Positions 10,509-20,414 of a DNA stretch of 64,000 nt are shown here, piece by piece (position 1 is the first letter of the stretch; each line of letters begins with the position of its first letter). Position numbers and translations under genes: made by a program. Where the stretch lies: positions 4,974-68,973 of the forward strand of contig SVJB01000006.1 in assembly GCA_015069185.1 (NCBI GenBank). The letters are read 5' to 3'. This DNA comes from Oscillospiraceae bacterium. GTDB taxonomy: Bacteria; Bacillota; Clostridia; UBA1212; UBA1255. The notes below the pieces were generated by a model. The model made no database searches and was not told where the DNA came from. It saw only the letters and a program-made list of their open reading frames with translations.

Positions 10509-10544
10509 GTAATACAATGTATGACACTTTAACACTTTTGTCAA
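10509..10544 (-). promoter_or_regulatory. Toxin-antitoxin promoter with palindromic operator
   Basis: TTGACA-N17-TACATT; near-palindrome GTAATACA-A-TGTATGAC (10509-10525) covers the -10. Confidence 0.65.
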
Positions 10545-10658
10545 TACTCTTTATCAAATTTATTTCAGCAAATAGTATTTCCAATTTTATTATAATAGAT
10601 AATTACAAATGTTGCTATGACGATTTTTTGTATACATCATATTTTGACTAAACCATAT

Positions 10659-13142
10659 TTATTTTATCTTTCTCCTACTTTTCAAGATAACAAATACCGT
10701 AGCTGCTGCTATAACAACTACTCCGACTGCTATTATCACTATGACATACCAACTAATACCTGCCTTCTCACCAAAATCCGGTATTTCCTCTGACGTAAAC
10801 TGGAATACGAAGCGTCCTCCTGGTACTGCTGTGCCGTCTGTATATACGTCCATTATATCGCCTGTAGATAAGTTATTATCGCACCATTTGAAGTTAAAAG
10901 TAACTCTATCTGTCATACCAAGCATACTCCTAGGCACAGCAACCTGCATTATGTTACCTTGCACTGTGTATGACACCTTACCTACCTCTTCCCAGTTCCA
11001 GTCACCTGTACTTCTCTCTAATACCATTTCGCTTGCAGTAGGATTGTTACGGTTAAGTATATATTCAAATTCCTCCCAATCCTTTGAATCACTTGTAGCC
11101 ACCTGGGTATCTAGAAGCAGTCGCATCCAGTTAGTGTCTGTGTACGGAGACAGTGCATTTACAGTCTCTACGTAGAAATACACATTATCCTTATCGTATG
11201 ATACCTTTGTTGTTTTAATATCATTTCTGGTACCTTCGTTAGTGTATGTATAACCTACATATCCGGCTGTATTTCTTTCGTATGTGTTGTTTGTGTAATA
11301 ATTGTATGAAATAATATTGCTATCCTGCCATTGGTCGGCTCCTTGCGTAATATCAATAGTCTTTGCAGTTGTCTGACTATCAGGTTTGGATGCTCCCTTA
11401 AATCGTCTGATATTGCTCACAAGTTGGTAATAATAGTGATCCTTGAGTATACCCTTTGACGGCTCAATATCTCTTGAATTAGCATCGTCATATTGATCTG
11501 GAAAAGCATTGTGTACTCCACACCATTCTTCAAACCTTCCCATTACCCACTCATTCCATCCTGTTACAAATATTATCTCAGGATCTACACTTATTGCATA
11601 ATCCCATTGTTCCTGGAAGTTTAATCCATACAAAAGGGAGTTTTCGATACTTTTATCTACTTTGATTTTTTCACCACGATATGCATAGGAATATGAATAT
11701 CCACGTTGCATTGTAAAGCTCCTGCCCATATTGTGGTCCCCATTCATGGCGCTGAGTTCCATTTTCTCATAATCAGCATTCTGAGCTACACCTACTGTTG
11801 TCATCTCTACGCTGCCATCATCATTCTTGTATAGCGCTTGAGGATATACATGGAGCCAACCCCAACTGTCATCTGTCATGTCTTCTCTAAAATATGATGG
11901 CATACCTGCCCGGAAAGTAAAGTAATTCAACAATTGATATTGATACGGATCTGACTCTTCCAGCCCACTGCTATGTGCCATTATAAGAGGCTTACCTTCC
12001 CAATAGAACCATAAATCCTGATAGAGATTCTTGCTGTACAGATTTTCATATAATCCTGCTAATGAGGTTAATGTGTTGCCGGAATATGCAAACTGTAGCA
12101 TGAAGGCAACCTGTGGCGTCTTAACGCCCTGCTCTCGCGCCTCAGACCATGTTTCCAGCAGTGTCATATATCCATCTTCCCATAAGAAACTACCATTAGT
12201 GCAATCGAACAAAACAAAATCCACACCTGCATTTGCAAGCATCTCTGCATGTTTACGAAGCACATATTTATCTGTTCTGGCATAGAAGCCAAACAGAGGT
12301 TCATTCCAGAAATTCATGCCTACATAATTATTCCATAAGGTATGATGGAAATCCTTCTTAAGTTCAGGATGCTGCTCCATTAATTGGGTAATATTTATTG
12401 GTCTGTCATATCTGTGACGAGTATCATGCCATGTCCAGTAGAACATACCAACAATTTTATCCTTCTGTGGTCCTGTTTGACTATATCCGTCTACGGTCCT
12501 ACCAAGGTCATCTATAGCTGCAAATTTCGTAGGATCCACGCCCATAATGGCAATATTACTATCTGCAGCGATTTGGGACTCCGGCGGAGCGTAATCCACA
12601 GGAAAATCCGTCATTTCGGAGGTTAATTCAAAGCCTCCATTAGTATCACTAAGTACGATTTGTCCTTTTATAGAACCCAGATAAAATTTATCATTATAGC
12701 AATTCTTAGCGCCTACTACATTGCCCTTGTACTGATACACTGTAAAGCTACCACTCTTTACATATAAATCATAAAAATACTCACCTGCATCCAAGGGCTT
12801 ATCAAACTCTAATGAAATAAGTTGGTCTGCCTCCCAAAGGTCTATTTCTTTACTTGCAATTGGAGTACCACGTCTGGAGGTGATACTATTCTTATCCCAT
12901 TTATACAAAGTAGCAACAATAACACTCTTGCCTCTATTGCTTTTCGCTGCATTTATGCCCACGCTTGTAAATGAGCCAGATACTTTGAACTGGAGCTGTG
13001 CCCTGCCACCTTCAGCAATATTAACTGTCTCAACTTCACTTTCTCTATATGTATTCAGTGTTTTAGATTCTGCATTTACGTTTACAGAAAATAATGTTAA
13101 CACACAAATAGTAGCTAAAATAAAACAAAGGCTCCTTTTCAA
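10659..13142 (-). CDS. Secreted, C-terminally membrane-anchored putative glycoside hydrolase (GH71/99-like TIM barrel), paralogue 1, with an extra N-terminal module
   Basis: Signal peptide; GMFYWTWH, WNEPLFGFY, RKHAEMLANAGVD, WEGKPL, VTGWNEW and SRDIEP; C-terminal TM plus RRKIK. Confidence 0.6.
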   Translation of the reverse strand: MKRSLCFILATICVLTLFSVNVNAESKTLNTYRESEVETVNIAEGGRAQLQFKVSGSFTSVGINAAKSNRGKSVIVATLYKWDKNSITSRRGTPIASKEIDLWEADQLISLEFDKPLDAGEYFYDLYVKSGSFTVYQYKGNVVGAKNCYNDKFYLGSIKGQIVLSDTNGGFELTSEMTDFPVDYAPPESQIAADSNIAIMGVDPTKFAAIDDLGRTVDGYSQTGPQKDKIVGMFYWTWHDTRHRYDRPINITQLMEQHPELKKDFHHTLWNNYVGMNFWNEPLFGFYARTDKYVLRKHAEMLANAGVDFVLFDCTNGSFLWEDGYMTLLETWSEAREQGVKTPQVAFMLQFAYSGNTLTSLAGLYENLYSKNLYQDLWFYWEGKPLIMAHSSGLEESDPYQYQLLNYFTFRAGMPSYFREDMTDDSWGWLHVYPQALYKNDDGSVEMTTVGVAQNADYEKMELSAMNGDHNMGRSFTMQRGYSYSYAYRGEKIKVDKSIENSLLYGLNFQEQWDYAISVDPEIIFVTGWNEWVMGRFEEWCGVHNAFPDQYDDANSRDIEPSKGILKDHYYYQLVSNIRRFKGASKPDSQTTAKTIDITQGADQWQDSNIISYNYYTNNTYERNTAGYVGYTYTNEGTRNDIKTTKVSYDKDNVYFYVETVNALSPYTDTNWMRLLLDTQVATSDSKDWEEFEYILNRNNPTASEMVLERSTGDWNWEEVGKVSYTVQGNIMQVAVPRSMLGMTDRVTFNFKWCDNNLSTGDIMDVYTDGTAVPGGRFVFQFTSEEIPDFGEKAGISWYVIVIIAVGVVVIAAATVFVILKSRRKIK

Positions 13143-13289
13143 TACATTCTCCTCCTTATAGTATCATTTCTTCTCCGTTTCAAATATATCACACTGCGTT
13201 TGCCTACTACATAATCACACAGAGCAAACACTTTGTCAATAAATTTTGTTAAACTATATCTCTGAAAATTTTTGCAATTTACATAATTC

Positions 13290-13328
13290 AAAAAAGCCGG
13301 CTGAAATCGCTCAGCCGGCTTTTTTTTC
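13290..13328. terminator. Intrinsic terminator after the S-component gene
   Basis: AAAAAAGCCGGCTGA-aatcgc-TCAGCCGGCTTTTTT. Confidence 0.85.
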
Positions 13329-13342
13329 ACATAACAAAATAA

Positions 13343-13972
13343 TTATTTTCTTATTCTCTTCTCTACTTGTGCCAGCGCCATCAAAATAGCGAATGAAAGT
13401 ACTGAGCAGATAACAATCTCAAGCACACTGTTGATACTAAGAGCCGGTAAGACTACAGCCTTTACTACATCCAGCTCTACTTCGCCTACTGTAACAGGAG
13501 TATTTCCGAAAAACAGCGCCAAGAAGCTTAAGAAAAACAATGTATTAAGTAAAGGTGCTGAGATTCCTGCTGCTGCATATGAGATAACTCTCGGTTTCTT
13601 TGCCTTGATATTACATAATTTATATATTGCTGCTGCGCCAAGCCCACAAAGAAGTCGGGATACTACACAAATGACGAAGGTAGCAAATGGTTTTAGTGAA
13701 AAAAGTGCTGTACCAAAAGCATCCATGCCAAAACATTGAGCAAAACTGGTTATACCGAAAAGAAGACCTACAACTCCGCCTCCTAAATATCCAAGCTTGG
13801 ATGCAGATATTGCAACCGGTATACTCAGAAGAGTGATTGATAAGAAACCAATCTTAAGATATCCTATCGGTGTAAAGGACATCACAAGTGTCAATGCCAC
13901 AAGTACGGCCAACAGTGCCATCTTATAAGTGCGGTCATTTGCGGCACGTCCTGCCGCGTTGTTATTTTTCAT
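13343..13972 (-). CDS. ECF transporter S component, PanT-like (probably pantothenate)
   Basis: MSFTPIGYLKIG, ITLLSIPVAI, GLLFGITSF and LLNTLFFL; about six TM segments; ATG 13972 after AGGAGG; coaX nearby. Confidence 0.8.
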   Translation of the reverse strand: MKNNNAAGRAANDRTYKMALLAVLVALTLVMSFTPIGYLKIGFLSITLLSIPVAISASKLGYLGGGVVGLLFGITSFAQCFGMDAFGTALFSLKPFATFVICVVSRLLCGLGAAAIYKLCNIKAKKPRVISYAAAGISAPLLNTLFFLSFLALFFGNTPVTVGEVELDVVKAVVLPALSINSVLEIVICSVLSFAILMALAQVEKRIRK

Positions 13973-13986
13973 ATTAAATTCCTCCT

Positions 13987-14057
13987 GCTGCTGTTCAAAT
14001 ATAGTTATGCTGATACAGCGCAATGTAGATAGTATCACCCACCAAGCCGAAAGTCAA
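13987..14057 (-). promoter_or_regulatory. SigmaA promoter plus bulged leader hairpin abutting the RBS
   Basis: TTGACT-N17-TACTAT with TG extension (14057-14029); leader GC GCUGU A UCAG C AUA [ACUA] UAU UUGA ACAGC A GC directly before AGGAGG. Confidence 0.6.
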
Positions 14058-14087
14058 GTTAGCGATATTACAGAGTTTCTTATATTT

Positions 14088-16130
14088 TTATGTTTGAGGT
14101 GCTGTTACCTTTTTCTTGCGTACTATTATAAAAATTATAACGGCTACAACACAGATAACCAATAACACACCGCCTGCGTACAAATACCAAGGCAGAGAAT
14201 TTGTACTATCCGAGTTATCAGAATACTCAACTGTCGTAAATGAAAACATAAAACGGCCGCCGGGAGCTACATCTCCATATTGATAGAAATCCAAAATATC
14301 TCCGCTGTCCTCTGTACTACCGTCTGCAATTGTATTATCTGCCCACTTAAAGTTAAAATTAAGCGCAGCATCGTCTATATCAAGTGCAATGGCACTTCTT
14401 GGCACAGCAAGCTGCAATCTGTTACCGCTGACACTGAACTGTGCCTTGCCGCATTCTGACCATTGCCAGCCACCGCTGCTCTTCTCAATTATAGCCTTAT
14501 TATCATCATGAGACACGCGGTTGATTATATATTCAAAGCCTTCCCAATTATCTGTCACGCCTGTATAGTCAACATCAATCAATAGCCTCATCCATGCCGG
14601 ATCATCAGGTGATGTAATATCATCTACAGTCTCAACCATAAAATAGATATACTCATCATCATATGCAACCTTAGATGTTGTGATATCGTTACGCATGGTA
14701 TTATTCACATAAACGAGATCACCCCAGCCGTTGCTATTACGGTCACGTGTGCTACCTGTATAATGATTGTATTCAAGTAATACATCAGCCCACATATCCT
14801 GATTGCTGAAAATATCTATAGTTTTGTTAACATTTTTTTCTTGTGTACCGCTTTGAGGTTTGTCAACACCCTTAAATTTACGTATATTATCTACCAACTG
14901 ATAATAATAGTGGTCCTTCAAATCCCCTTTGGAGGGTTCAATGTCTCGGCTGTATTCATCAGTATATTGATCTACAATTGTCACAGAAGGCGTAGGCTTA
15001 CCAACCCAATTATATTGCATTCTACCTGCCACCCATTCATTCCAACCGGTAACAAATATAAAGTCGGGATCCACCTCAAGCGCATAATCCCATTGCTGTT
15101 GAAAATTAAGTCCGTACAGCTTAGAGTCCTCTATACTGCTGTCAACAGTAATTATTTCATTTTTATACTTGTATTGATACGAATACAAGCCTTCCGTATA
15201 TGATCTGCCATGTACGCCGCCTCTGGGATCATTCATACTGGTAAGACCAAATTCATTGGCATTTTGCGCAGTACCAACAGTCATTTGTTCTACAGAACCG
15301 TCTTCTCTCACACCGTATTTTCCCTGAGGATATACAGAGAGCCAACCCCATTGTCCTTCTTTTATGCTGTTTTGCTCTGTGAAATACGATGCTTGAGGTC
15401 TGCGGAATGTAAAAAATTCACTTATCTCGTATTCTATTTTCTTAGAAGTATCCAGTGATTCCGGATACGCCATGATCAAGGGCTTCCCCTCCCACATGAA
15501 CCATAAGTCTCTATATCTATCCTTGTAATATATGTCGCGGTATAAATTTTTGATCATTGCTCTGGTATTATCACACGCAGCAAAGTTAAGCATAAAAGCA
15601 ATTTGAGGTGTGTCTACACCCTCTTTTCTAGCTTCATCAAAGACCTTAAGGAGAGTCTCATAGCCGTCTTCCCACGTAAACACACCGTTAGTGCAGTCAA
15701 AAACAATCACATCAACACCTGCATCAGCCAAGAGTTCTGCATGTTTCCTTACAACATATGCAGCGGTAGTGGTATAATATCCAAATAGCGGTTCGTTCCA
15801 GAAATACGGAGTAGCATCTGCAGTATTCTCCCATGCCGGATGATTCCAATCATATGCCATATCCGGATATTGTTCCAGGAGCTGTGTCATATTACGCGGC
15901 TTATTAAAAGCACTCTTATAATGCCATGGCCAATAAAAAATACCCACGAATTTATTTTCTCTTGTAGCACCTACTTCAGAATAAGTACTGACAGTCCGTC
16001 CAAGACCGTCAACAGCTGCCCACGAGCCCGGATTAATAGAAACACTTGCAGACGAATCTGCAAGTGCCTCCATTGGAATAAAACTAAATAGAATTGTTGT
16101 AATTAATAAACAGCAAAACAATCTTTTCAT
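14088..16130 (-). CDS. Secreted membrane-anchored GH71/99-like protein, paralogue 2
   Basis: Same motifs (GIFYWPWH, WNEPLFGYY, RKHAELLADAGVD, VTGWNEW, SRDIEPSKG); C-terminal TM plus RKKK. Confidence 0.6.
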   Translation of the reverse strand: MKRLFCCLLITTILFSFIPMEALADSSASVSINPGSWAAVDGLGRTVSTYSEVGATRENKFVGIFYWPWHYKSAFNKPRNMTQLLEQYPDMAYDWNHPAWENTADATPYFWNEPLFGYYTTTAAYVVRKHAELLADAGVDVIVFDCTNGVFTWEDGYETLLKVFDEARKEGVDTPQIAFMLNFAACDNTRAMIKNLYRDIYYKDRYRDLWFMWEGKPLIMAYPESLDTSKKIEYEISEFFTFRRPQASYFTEQNSIKEGQWGWLSVYPQGKYGVREDGSVEQMTVGTAQNANEFGLTSMNDPRGGVHGRSYTEGLYSYQYKYKNEIITVDSSIEDSKLYGLNFQQQWDYALEVDPDFIFVTGWNEWVAGRMQYNWVGKPTPSVTIVDQYTDEYSRDIEPSKGDLKDHYYYQLVDNIRKFKGVDKPQSGTQEKNVNKTIDIFSNQDMWADVLLEYNHYTGSTRDRNSNGWGDLVYVNNTMRNDITTSKVAYDDEYIYFMVETVDDITSPDDPAWMRLLIDVDYTGVTDNWEGFEYIINRVSHDDNKAIIEKSSGGWQWSECGKAQFSVSGNRLQLAVPRSAIALDIDDAALNFNFKWADNTIADGSTEDSGDILDFYQYGDVAPGGRFMFSFTTVEYSDNSDSTNSLPWYLYAGGVLLVICVVAVIIFIIVRKKKVTAPQT

Positions 16131-16131
16131 A

Positions 16132-17793
16132 TTAGTTTGCCTTTCTCTTAATTATTAATGCGCAACCCATAAGCAACATAACCTGCGCAATCGCACTTGA
16201 TGAACCACAGCCGTTCTTTTCATTCTTTGACGGAGCCGTTGTAGGAGCAGTTGTTGCTGCATCTGTATTCTGAGGTTCGCTGGTAGGAGCCTTGGTAGAC
16301 GGAGCCGCAGTAACATCCTCTACAACACCATCCGGATCTCCTCCCACAATTGTAACACAATCAACAAAGAGACCATAATCTGTTTCAAAACCGTTTTCAA
16401 AAACAATTATTGAATCATCCTCGGACATTTCTGACTTCCAAAGCAGAGGGAATCCTGTACTCAACTGATTACCGTCAACATCTACACCTGTTGTAGCTTC
16501 TGTCACAACAACAAGATAATGGCCGCAACCTAAGTCCTCAGGGAAATCAATTATGCAGTTTGCGTTATCTATATGATCCTCAACCGTCACATAGTAGACA
16601 GGATCCTGGAAGATACTCTCATCATAATCACCATACCATTTGTACACAAAGACTGTAAAAGATGTCTCATACGCACCATTTGTAGCCATGGATTTCAAAA
16701 TAATTGAATCAAGAGAATTACCTGACTCAACAGTAAATTTGAAACCATACGCTACCTCTGCTGTGTATAACGGAAGAACACCTGTTCTGTCGAATGAAGT
16801 ATTATACATGCTAATTACTTTTTTCTGAGTAGCCGGAGCTGTCGGTGCTGCTGTTGCAGTAGAGCTCGGGGTTTTGTTTGGATCTATCGTAGGCGTAGGT
16901 GTAGGTGTCGCATTTGAAGTAGGATCCTTGAACATAATCTGGTCAATATTGAATGCTGCATTAGATGAACCCAGAGCGATATTAGCATCCGCAGTAATCC
17001 ATGCTTCTTCCGTTCTGTCCATTTCTGTTCCCTTTGCATCATAGATAACTGCCTTAGTATAGTGACCGTCTACAAGATTACTGTATTCTACATATATAGA
17101 CAACTCATCATTTACATATAAGGAAAGCCTGCCGTTAGAGTCTGTCACTCTAATCTTGCCCCATGCCGCATTTGAGAAAGCACCGTATATACCGTTAACC
17201 TCATAATATTCCTGATGGTATATACTTGAATATCCCTTATCATCTCTTGTAATTATATATAATGTAACAAAATCTTCTCCATAATTTGAAAATGAAATAC
17301 CAATACCACTGTCACCTACAATAGGACCCATGCTACTATCGTGATCAGGAGCTATTTCGTAAACATTGTGAACCGGTGTACCGTCTGCTTCTCTGTCAGC
17401 TCTGATAACCATACCTGCAAATCTCTGAGTGCCCAAATCGCAGTTTGCCAGCATTGAGAATTCCCAATCGCCCTGCCACTGATCTAAGCATACAAGACTA
17501 CTCATGCCTGTCATTCTCAGGAATCCTCCATTGGAATAAGCATTGGCATATAATGTATAAGGAGTGCCTCTATTTACATATATAGGTTCCCAGTGTTCTC
17601 TGATAATATTTCCGTCACTGCTATCGCCTGTTATAAATTGGGATGATCCTGTATTATGATTAGCTGTGTAGTAAGCGTTATCCCAATCGCATCCCCAATT
17701 ATGTCTCACACTGTCTAGTGTAGCAGCCGAGATTGGGAGAATCGATGAAATTATAAAAACCGCAACGAGAATAAATATAATTCTTTTCTTCAT
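16132..17793 (-). CDS. Secreted protein: ConA/LamG-like domain, linker, 'YKW' module, linker, Cys-containing C-terminal anchor
   Basis: Signal peptide; GPIVGDSGIGISFS shared with 22546-23976; PTPTP linkers; tail NGCGSSSAIAQVMLLMGCALIIKRKAN. Confidence 0.6.
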   Translation of the reverse strand: MKKRIIFILVAVFIISSILPISAATLDSVRHNWGCDWDNAYYTANHNTGSSQFITGDSSDGNIIREHWEPIYVNRGTPYTLYANAYSNGGFLRMTGMSSLVCLDQWQGDWEFSMLANCDLGTQRFAGMVIRADREADGTPVHNVYEIAPDHDSSMGPIVGDSGIGISFSNYGEDFVTLYIITRDDKGYSSIYHQEYYEVNGIYGAFSNAAWGKIRVTDSNGRLSLYVNDELSIYVEYSNLVDGHYTKAVIYDAKGTEMDRTEEAWITADANIALGSSNAAFNIDQIMFKDPTSNATPTPTPTIDPNKTPSSTATAAPTAPATQKKVISMYNTSFDRTGVLPLYTAEVAYGFKFTVESGNSLDSIILKSMATNGAYETSFTVFVYKWYGDYDESIFQDPVYYVTVEDHIDNANCIIDFPEDLGCGHYLVVVTEATTGVDVDGNQLSTGFPLLWKSEMSEDDSIIVFENGFETDYGLFVDCVTIVGGDPDGVVEDVTAAPSTKAPTSEPQNTDAATTAPTTAPSKNEKNGCGSSSAIAQVMLLMGCALIIKRKAN

Positions 17794-17837
17794 ATTAACC
17801 TCCAAATTACTTGACTTGTTTTGTATTTTATGTTTAG

Positions 17838-17875
17838 ATTATAAAGTATAAATGTGTACTAAATATATACTTTTT
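17838..17875 (-). promoter_or_regulatory. Promoter with conserved 15-bp box at the -35 position (copy 1)
   Basis: AAAAAGTATATATTT-N17-TATAAT; identical box at 24040-24054. Confidence 0.6.
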
Positions 17876-17911
17876 AAGACACATAATTTATAAATTAGGT
17901 CGGGTGATTTA

Positions 17912-18736
17912 ATGAACATACAGTCAAAAAATTTACATTCAGTACTCTCTGTGGACCGTCTGTACACTGCTTTTATACTTGATTTTGATTCTAATTTCTA
18001 TTTCACAGGAGAATCTCATGACTTCTGGGAAATAGACTGTATACTAACAGGCAGCATCGGCTTTACATCCGGAACAAAGCTGTACGAATGCAGTGATTAT
18101 GAATTAGTCATTCACCAACCCGATGTATTTCATACCTCATGGGCCTTGAAGGAAAACATAACAAAGATACTGACAATTACATTTAACGCTGAGGGCGATG
18201 AATATTTTGTCCCAAAAGGCAAATTTATACTAAACTCTCACGAGAGGAAAATTATCGACTTATTAGTTTCTGAAATCTCATCAACATTCAACAACCAGCT
18301 TACCATATATTCTCAATGCGACAAAGAATCAGAGCAGATTATTAAATGCCTTATGGAGACTCTGCTCCTGTCTCTTAACCGCCGCAGCGATCAGGCCGAG
18401 GTCGCTAAAAGCCGCAATGCGTCACGCTTCTCTGACATCGCCAAATATATGAAGGATCACGTATGTCAACCATTGGTTTTGGATGAGATTTGCAAGGAAT
18501 GTCACATAGGAAAGACTGCCCTCAAGGAGCTCTTTAAGCACTATACAGGAACAAGTGTCATAAAATATTATAACTATTTACGCATCAGGCACGCAATAAA
18601 GCTTATGTACAGCGGTATGAGTATGGAAGAAATTTCCTGTGAAATGAATTTTTCTTCGCAAAATTATTTTTCTACATTTTTCAAAAGAGAAACAGGCTAC
18701 TCCCCTATAAATTATAAGAACCATAAAATAAAATAA
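17912..18736 (+). CDS. AraC-family transcriptional regulator
   Basis: N-terminal cupin (GESHDFWEID, HQPDVFH); C-terminal double HTH (FSSQNYFSTFFKRETGYSP). Confidence 0.93.
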   Translation: MNIQSKNLHSVLSVDRLYTAFILDFDSNFYFTGESHDFWEIDCILTGSIGFTSGTKLYECSDYELVIHQPDVFHTSWALKENITKILTITFNAEGDEYFVPKGKFILNSHERKIIDLLVSEISSTFNNQLTIYSQCDKESEQIIKCLMETLLLSLNRRSDQAEVAKSRNASRFSDIAKYMKDHVCQPLVLDEICKECHIGKTALKELFKHYTGTSVIKYYNYLRIRHAIKLMYSGMSMEEISCEMNFSSQNYFSTFFKRETGYSPINYKNHKIK

Positions 18737-18770
18737 GCGCAGTACATTAAAGCACTGCGCTTATTTTTTT
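18730..18770. terminator. Bidirectional intrinsic terminator
   Basis: AAAATAAGCGCAGT...ACTGCGCTTATTTT between convergent genes. Confidence 0.8.
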
Positions 18771-18776
18771 CCCTGG

Positions 18777-20390
18777 TCAAAGGATCTCGATTATATGTTT
18801 CTTTGCACCAAATAATGGTACAAGGTTAAGAACTTCGCCATTAACTGTCTTAGACAGTACTCTAACCTTCTTGCCGTCTACAATTACATATTCTCCGCTA
18901 TTTGCAATTGAGAGCAGCATATCAGCTTGGCAGTCAGCAGTAATAATATTGCCGCTGACCTCAACCTTGCTGTTTGCTCTGTCGTGCCAGAAAATAGCAA
19001 TCTTATCCGTTGTAGACAGTAGTGGGTTGTAGCCTTGCTCGTCCCAATACTTCATCGCAAACTTAAGTGCGCCTGTTGAATATGGGAAGTCCGGTCCGTC
19101 GGGCTGCAGATAGTGAGGATGGATAAAGAAATCAATTATCTCTCCGTATCTTACGGCATGGTCAAGATAATCCTTGATTTTATCCTCTATCTCAACAGAG
19201 ACAAGTCTCGGTTCATAGAACGTTATCGGAATCTCTGCTGTAAGTAACATCTCGTTTCCGTGCTCTGCATCATCACAGGTAAATCTCGGGAAGGCTGAGC
19301 CAAAGGCAAAACCTCTCAGGCAGAATGCGTTAATGTCATTTAAATCTATTTCAGCAAACTTACCATTATCTGCTAAGACACCACAGGCACTTAAATAACG
19401 CATACGCTCTTGTGCAGTACCTCCCTGAACTAAACAGTGGTTAACATTTGTTATTGTCTTATATCCCAAACACTTCTCAAAAATCTCAGCCTGCTCAATC
19501 TGTCCCTCTAATGTATAAGGGAAAACAATGTAATCACTATGAAGTGCAAATTCGCATCCCAGATCATTCATTTCCTTCATTTCCTCATAGGTGAATACAA
19601 ATCCATTTTTATCGGGCATAGCATTAATATGATAAGGAAGACCTAATTCATTCATTGCTTTTGCGGCATTCATATTAATAACTGCAGCACTGTGATCGTC
19701 ATCGCCTGAGATATGTAGCATAAAGTCCGGCACAGTACCATCCTCTTTGGGCGGCATCTTGAAGAACATTGGGACATTCAATTTTCTGAATATTGTTTCT
19801 AATTCTGCTACAAGCAAGTCACTGTATGGCTCCTTAGTATCAAAATCAGCAGGAACAGGTCTTGAATCCGGAGTTCTGCCAATAAAGAAGTCAAATACTG
19901 ATTTACCCTTAGAAAATCCGTCTCCGCTATACCAAACAGAAGCTGCTAAGTCGAATCTGAAGTCCCAAACATTTTCAGCACGCTTAACTAAAGCAGGCAA
20001 CTTATTTTCTCCGTCACAAGTAGCCCACAGCAGAACCTCAGCATCCTTTGCATCATCATACACAGGCGCAAATAAAGGCAACTTATGCTCTTTTGTGAAA
20101 ATATAGCCATAAATATTAGGCTCTTTACTTGCAGTTTCAGGCTCCTTACCTACCATCGTACCGAGCAAAATAACTGCGCCCGGATTAGTTGGGATCTTGT
20201 CTATCTCTTCTGCACCGATAACGAGCACGTCATTTTCAGTTAATGAAGAAATCTCCGGTAAACTACAAGCCTTAGCATCTATTCCCATATACTTCATAAG
20301 CGCAAGAATATATGAAGGAGTATAGTTCTTACCATCTATATTAAGTTTTTGCTTTTTTTCTGAATTATAAAGATAAAATACATTCATCAT
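18777..20390 (-). CDS. Polysaccharide deacetylase/GH57-like (NodB-type barrel) protein, cytoplasmic
   Basis: HISGDDD, EFALHSD, NVNHCL, GSAFP, EIPITFYE and FFIHPH pattern; no signal peptide. Confidence 0.5.
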   Translation of the reverse strand: MMNVFYLYNSEKKQKLNIDGKNYTPSYILALMKYMGIDAKACSLPEISSLTENDVLVIGAEEIDKIPTNPGAVILLGTMVGKEPETASKEPNIYGYIFTKEHKLPLFAPVYDDAKDAEVLLWATCDGENKLPALVKRAENVWDFRFDLAASVWYSGDGFSKGKSVFDFFIGRTPDSRPVPADFDTKEPYSDLLVAELETIFRKLNVPMFFKMPPKEDGTVPDFMLHISGDDDHSAAVINMNAAKAMNELGLPYHINAMPDKNGFVFTYEEMKEMNDLGCEFALHSDYIVFPYTLEGQIEQAEIFEKCLGYKTITNVNHCLVQGGTAQERMRYLSACGVLADNGKFAEIDLNDINAFCLRGFAFGSAFPRFTCDDAEHGNEMLLTAEIPITFYEPRLVSVEIEDKIKDYLDHAVRYGEIIDFFIHPHYLQPDGPDFPYSTGALKFAMKYWDEQGYNPLLSTTDKIAIFWHDRANSKVEVSGNIITADCQADMLLSIANSGEYVIVDGKKVRVLSKTVNGEVLNLVPLFGAKKHIIEIL

Positions 20391-20414
20391 ACTTACATAA
20401 CCCTTCTATCTTTT

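Noticed and set aside
10000-10544. Prophage or integrative element around the toxin-antitoxin pair
   Set aside because: No integrase, transposase, att-like repeats or phage genes seen
13139-13330. 63-aa ORF or leader peptide
   Set aside because: It starts within the terminator hairpin and spans the promoter of the next gene
16830-16915. Short repeats in Pro/Thr/Ala-rich stretches (also 2400-2450 and 30650-30730)
   Set aside because: Ordinary interdomain linkers, not DNA-level repeat elements
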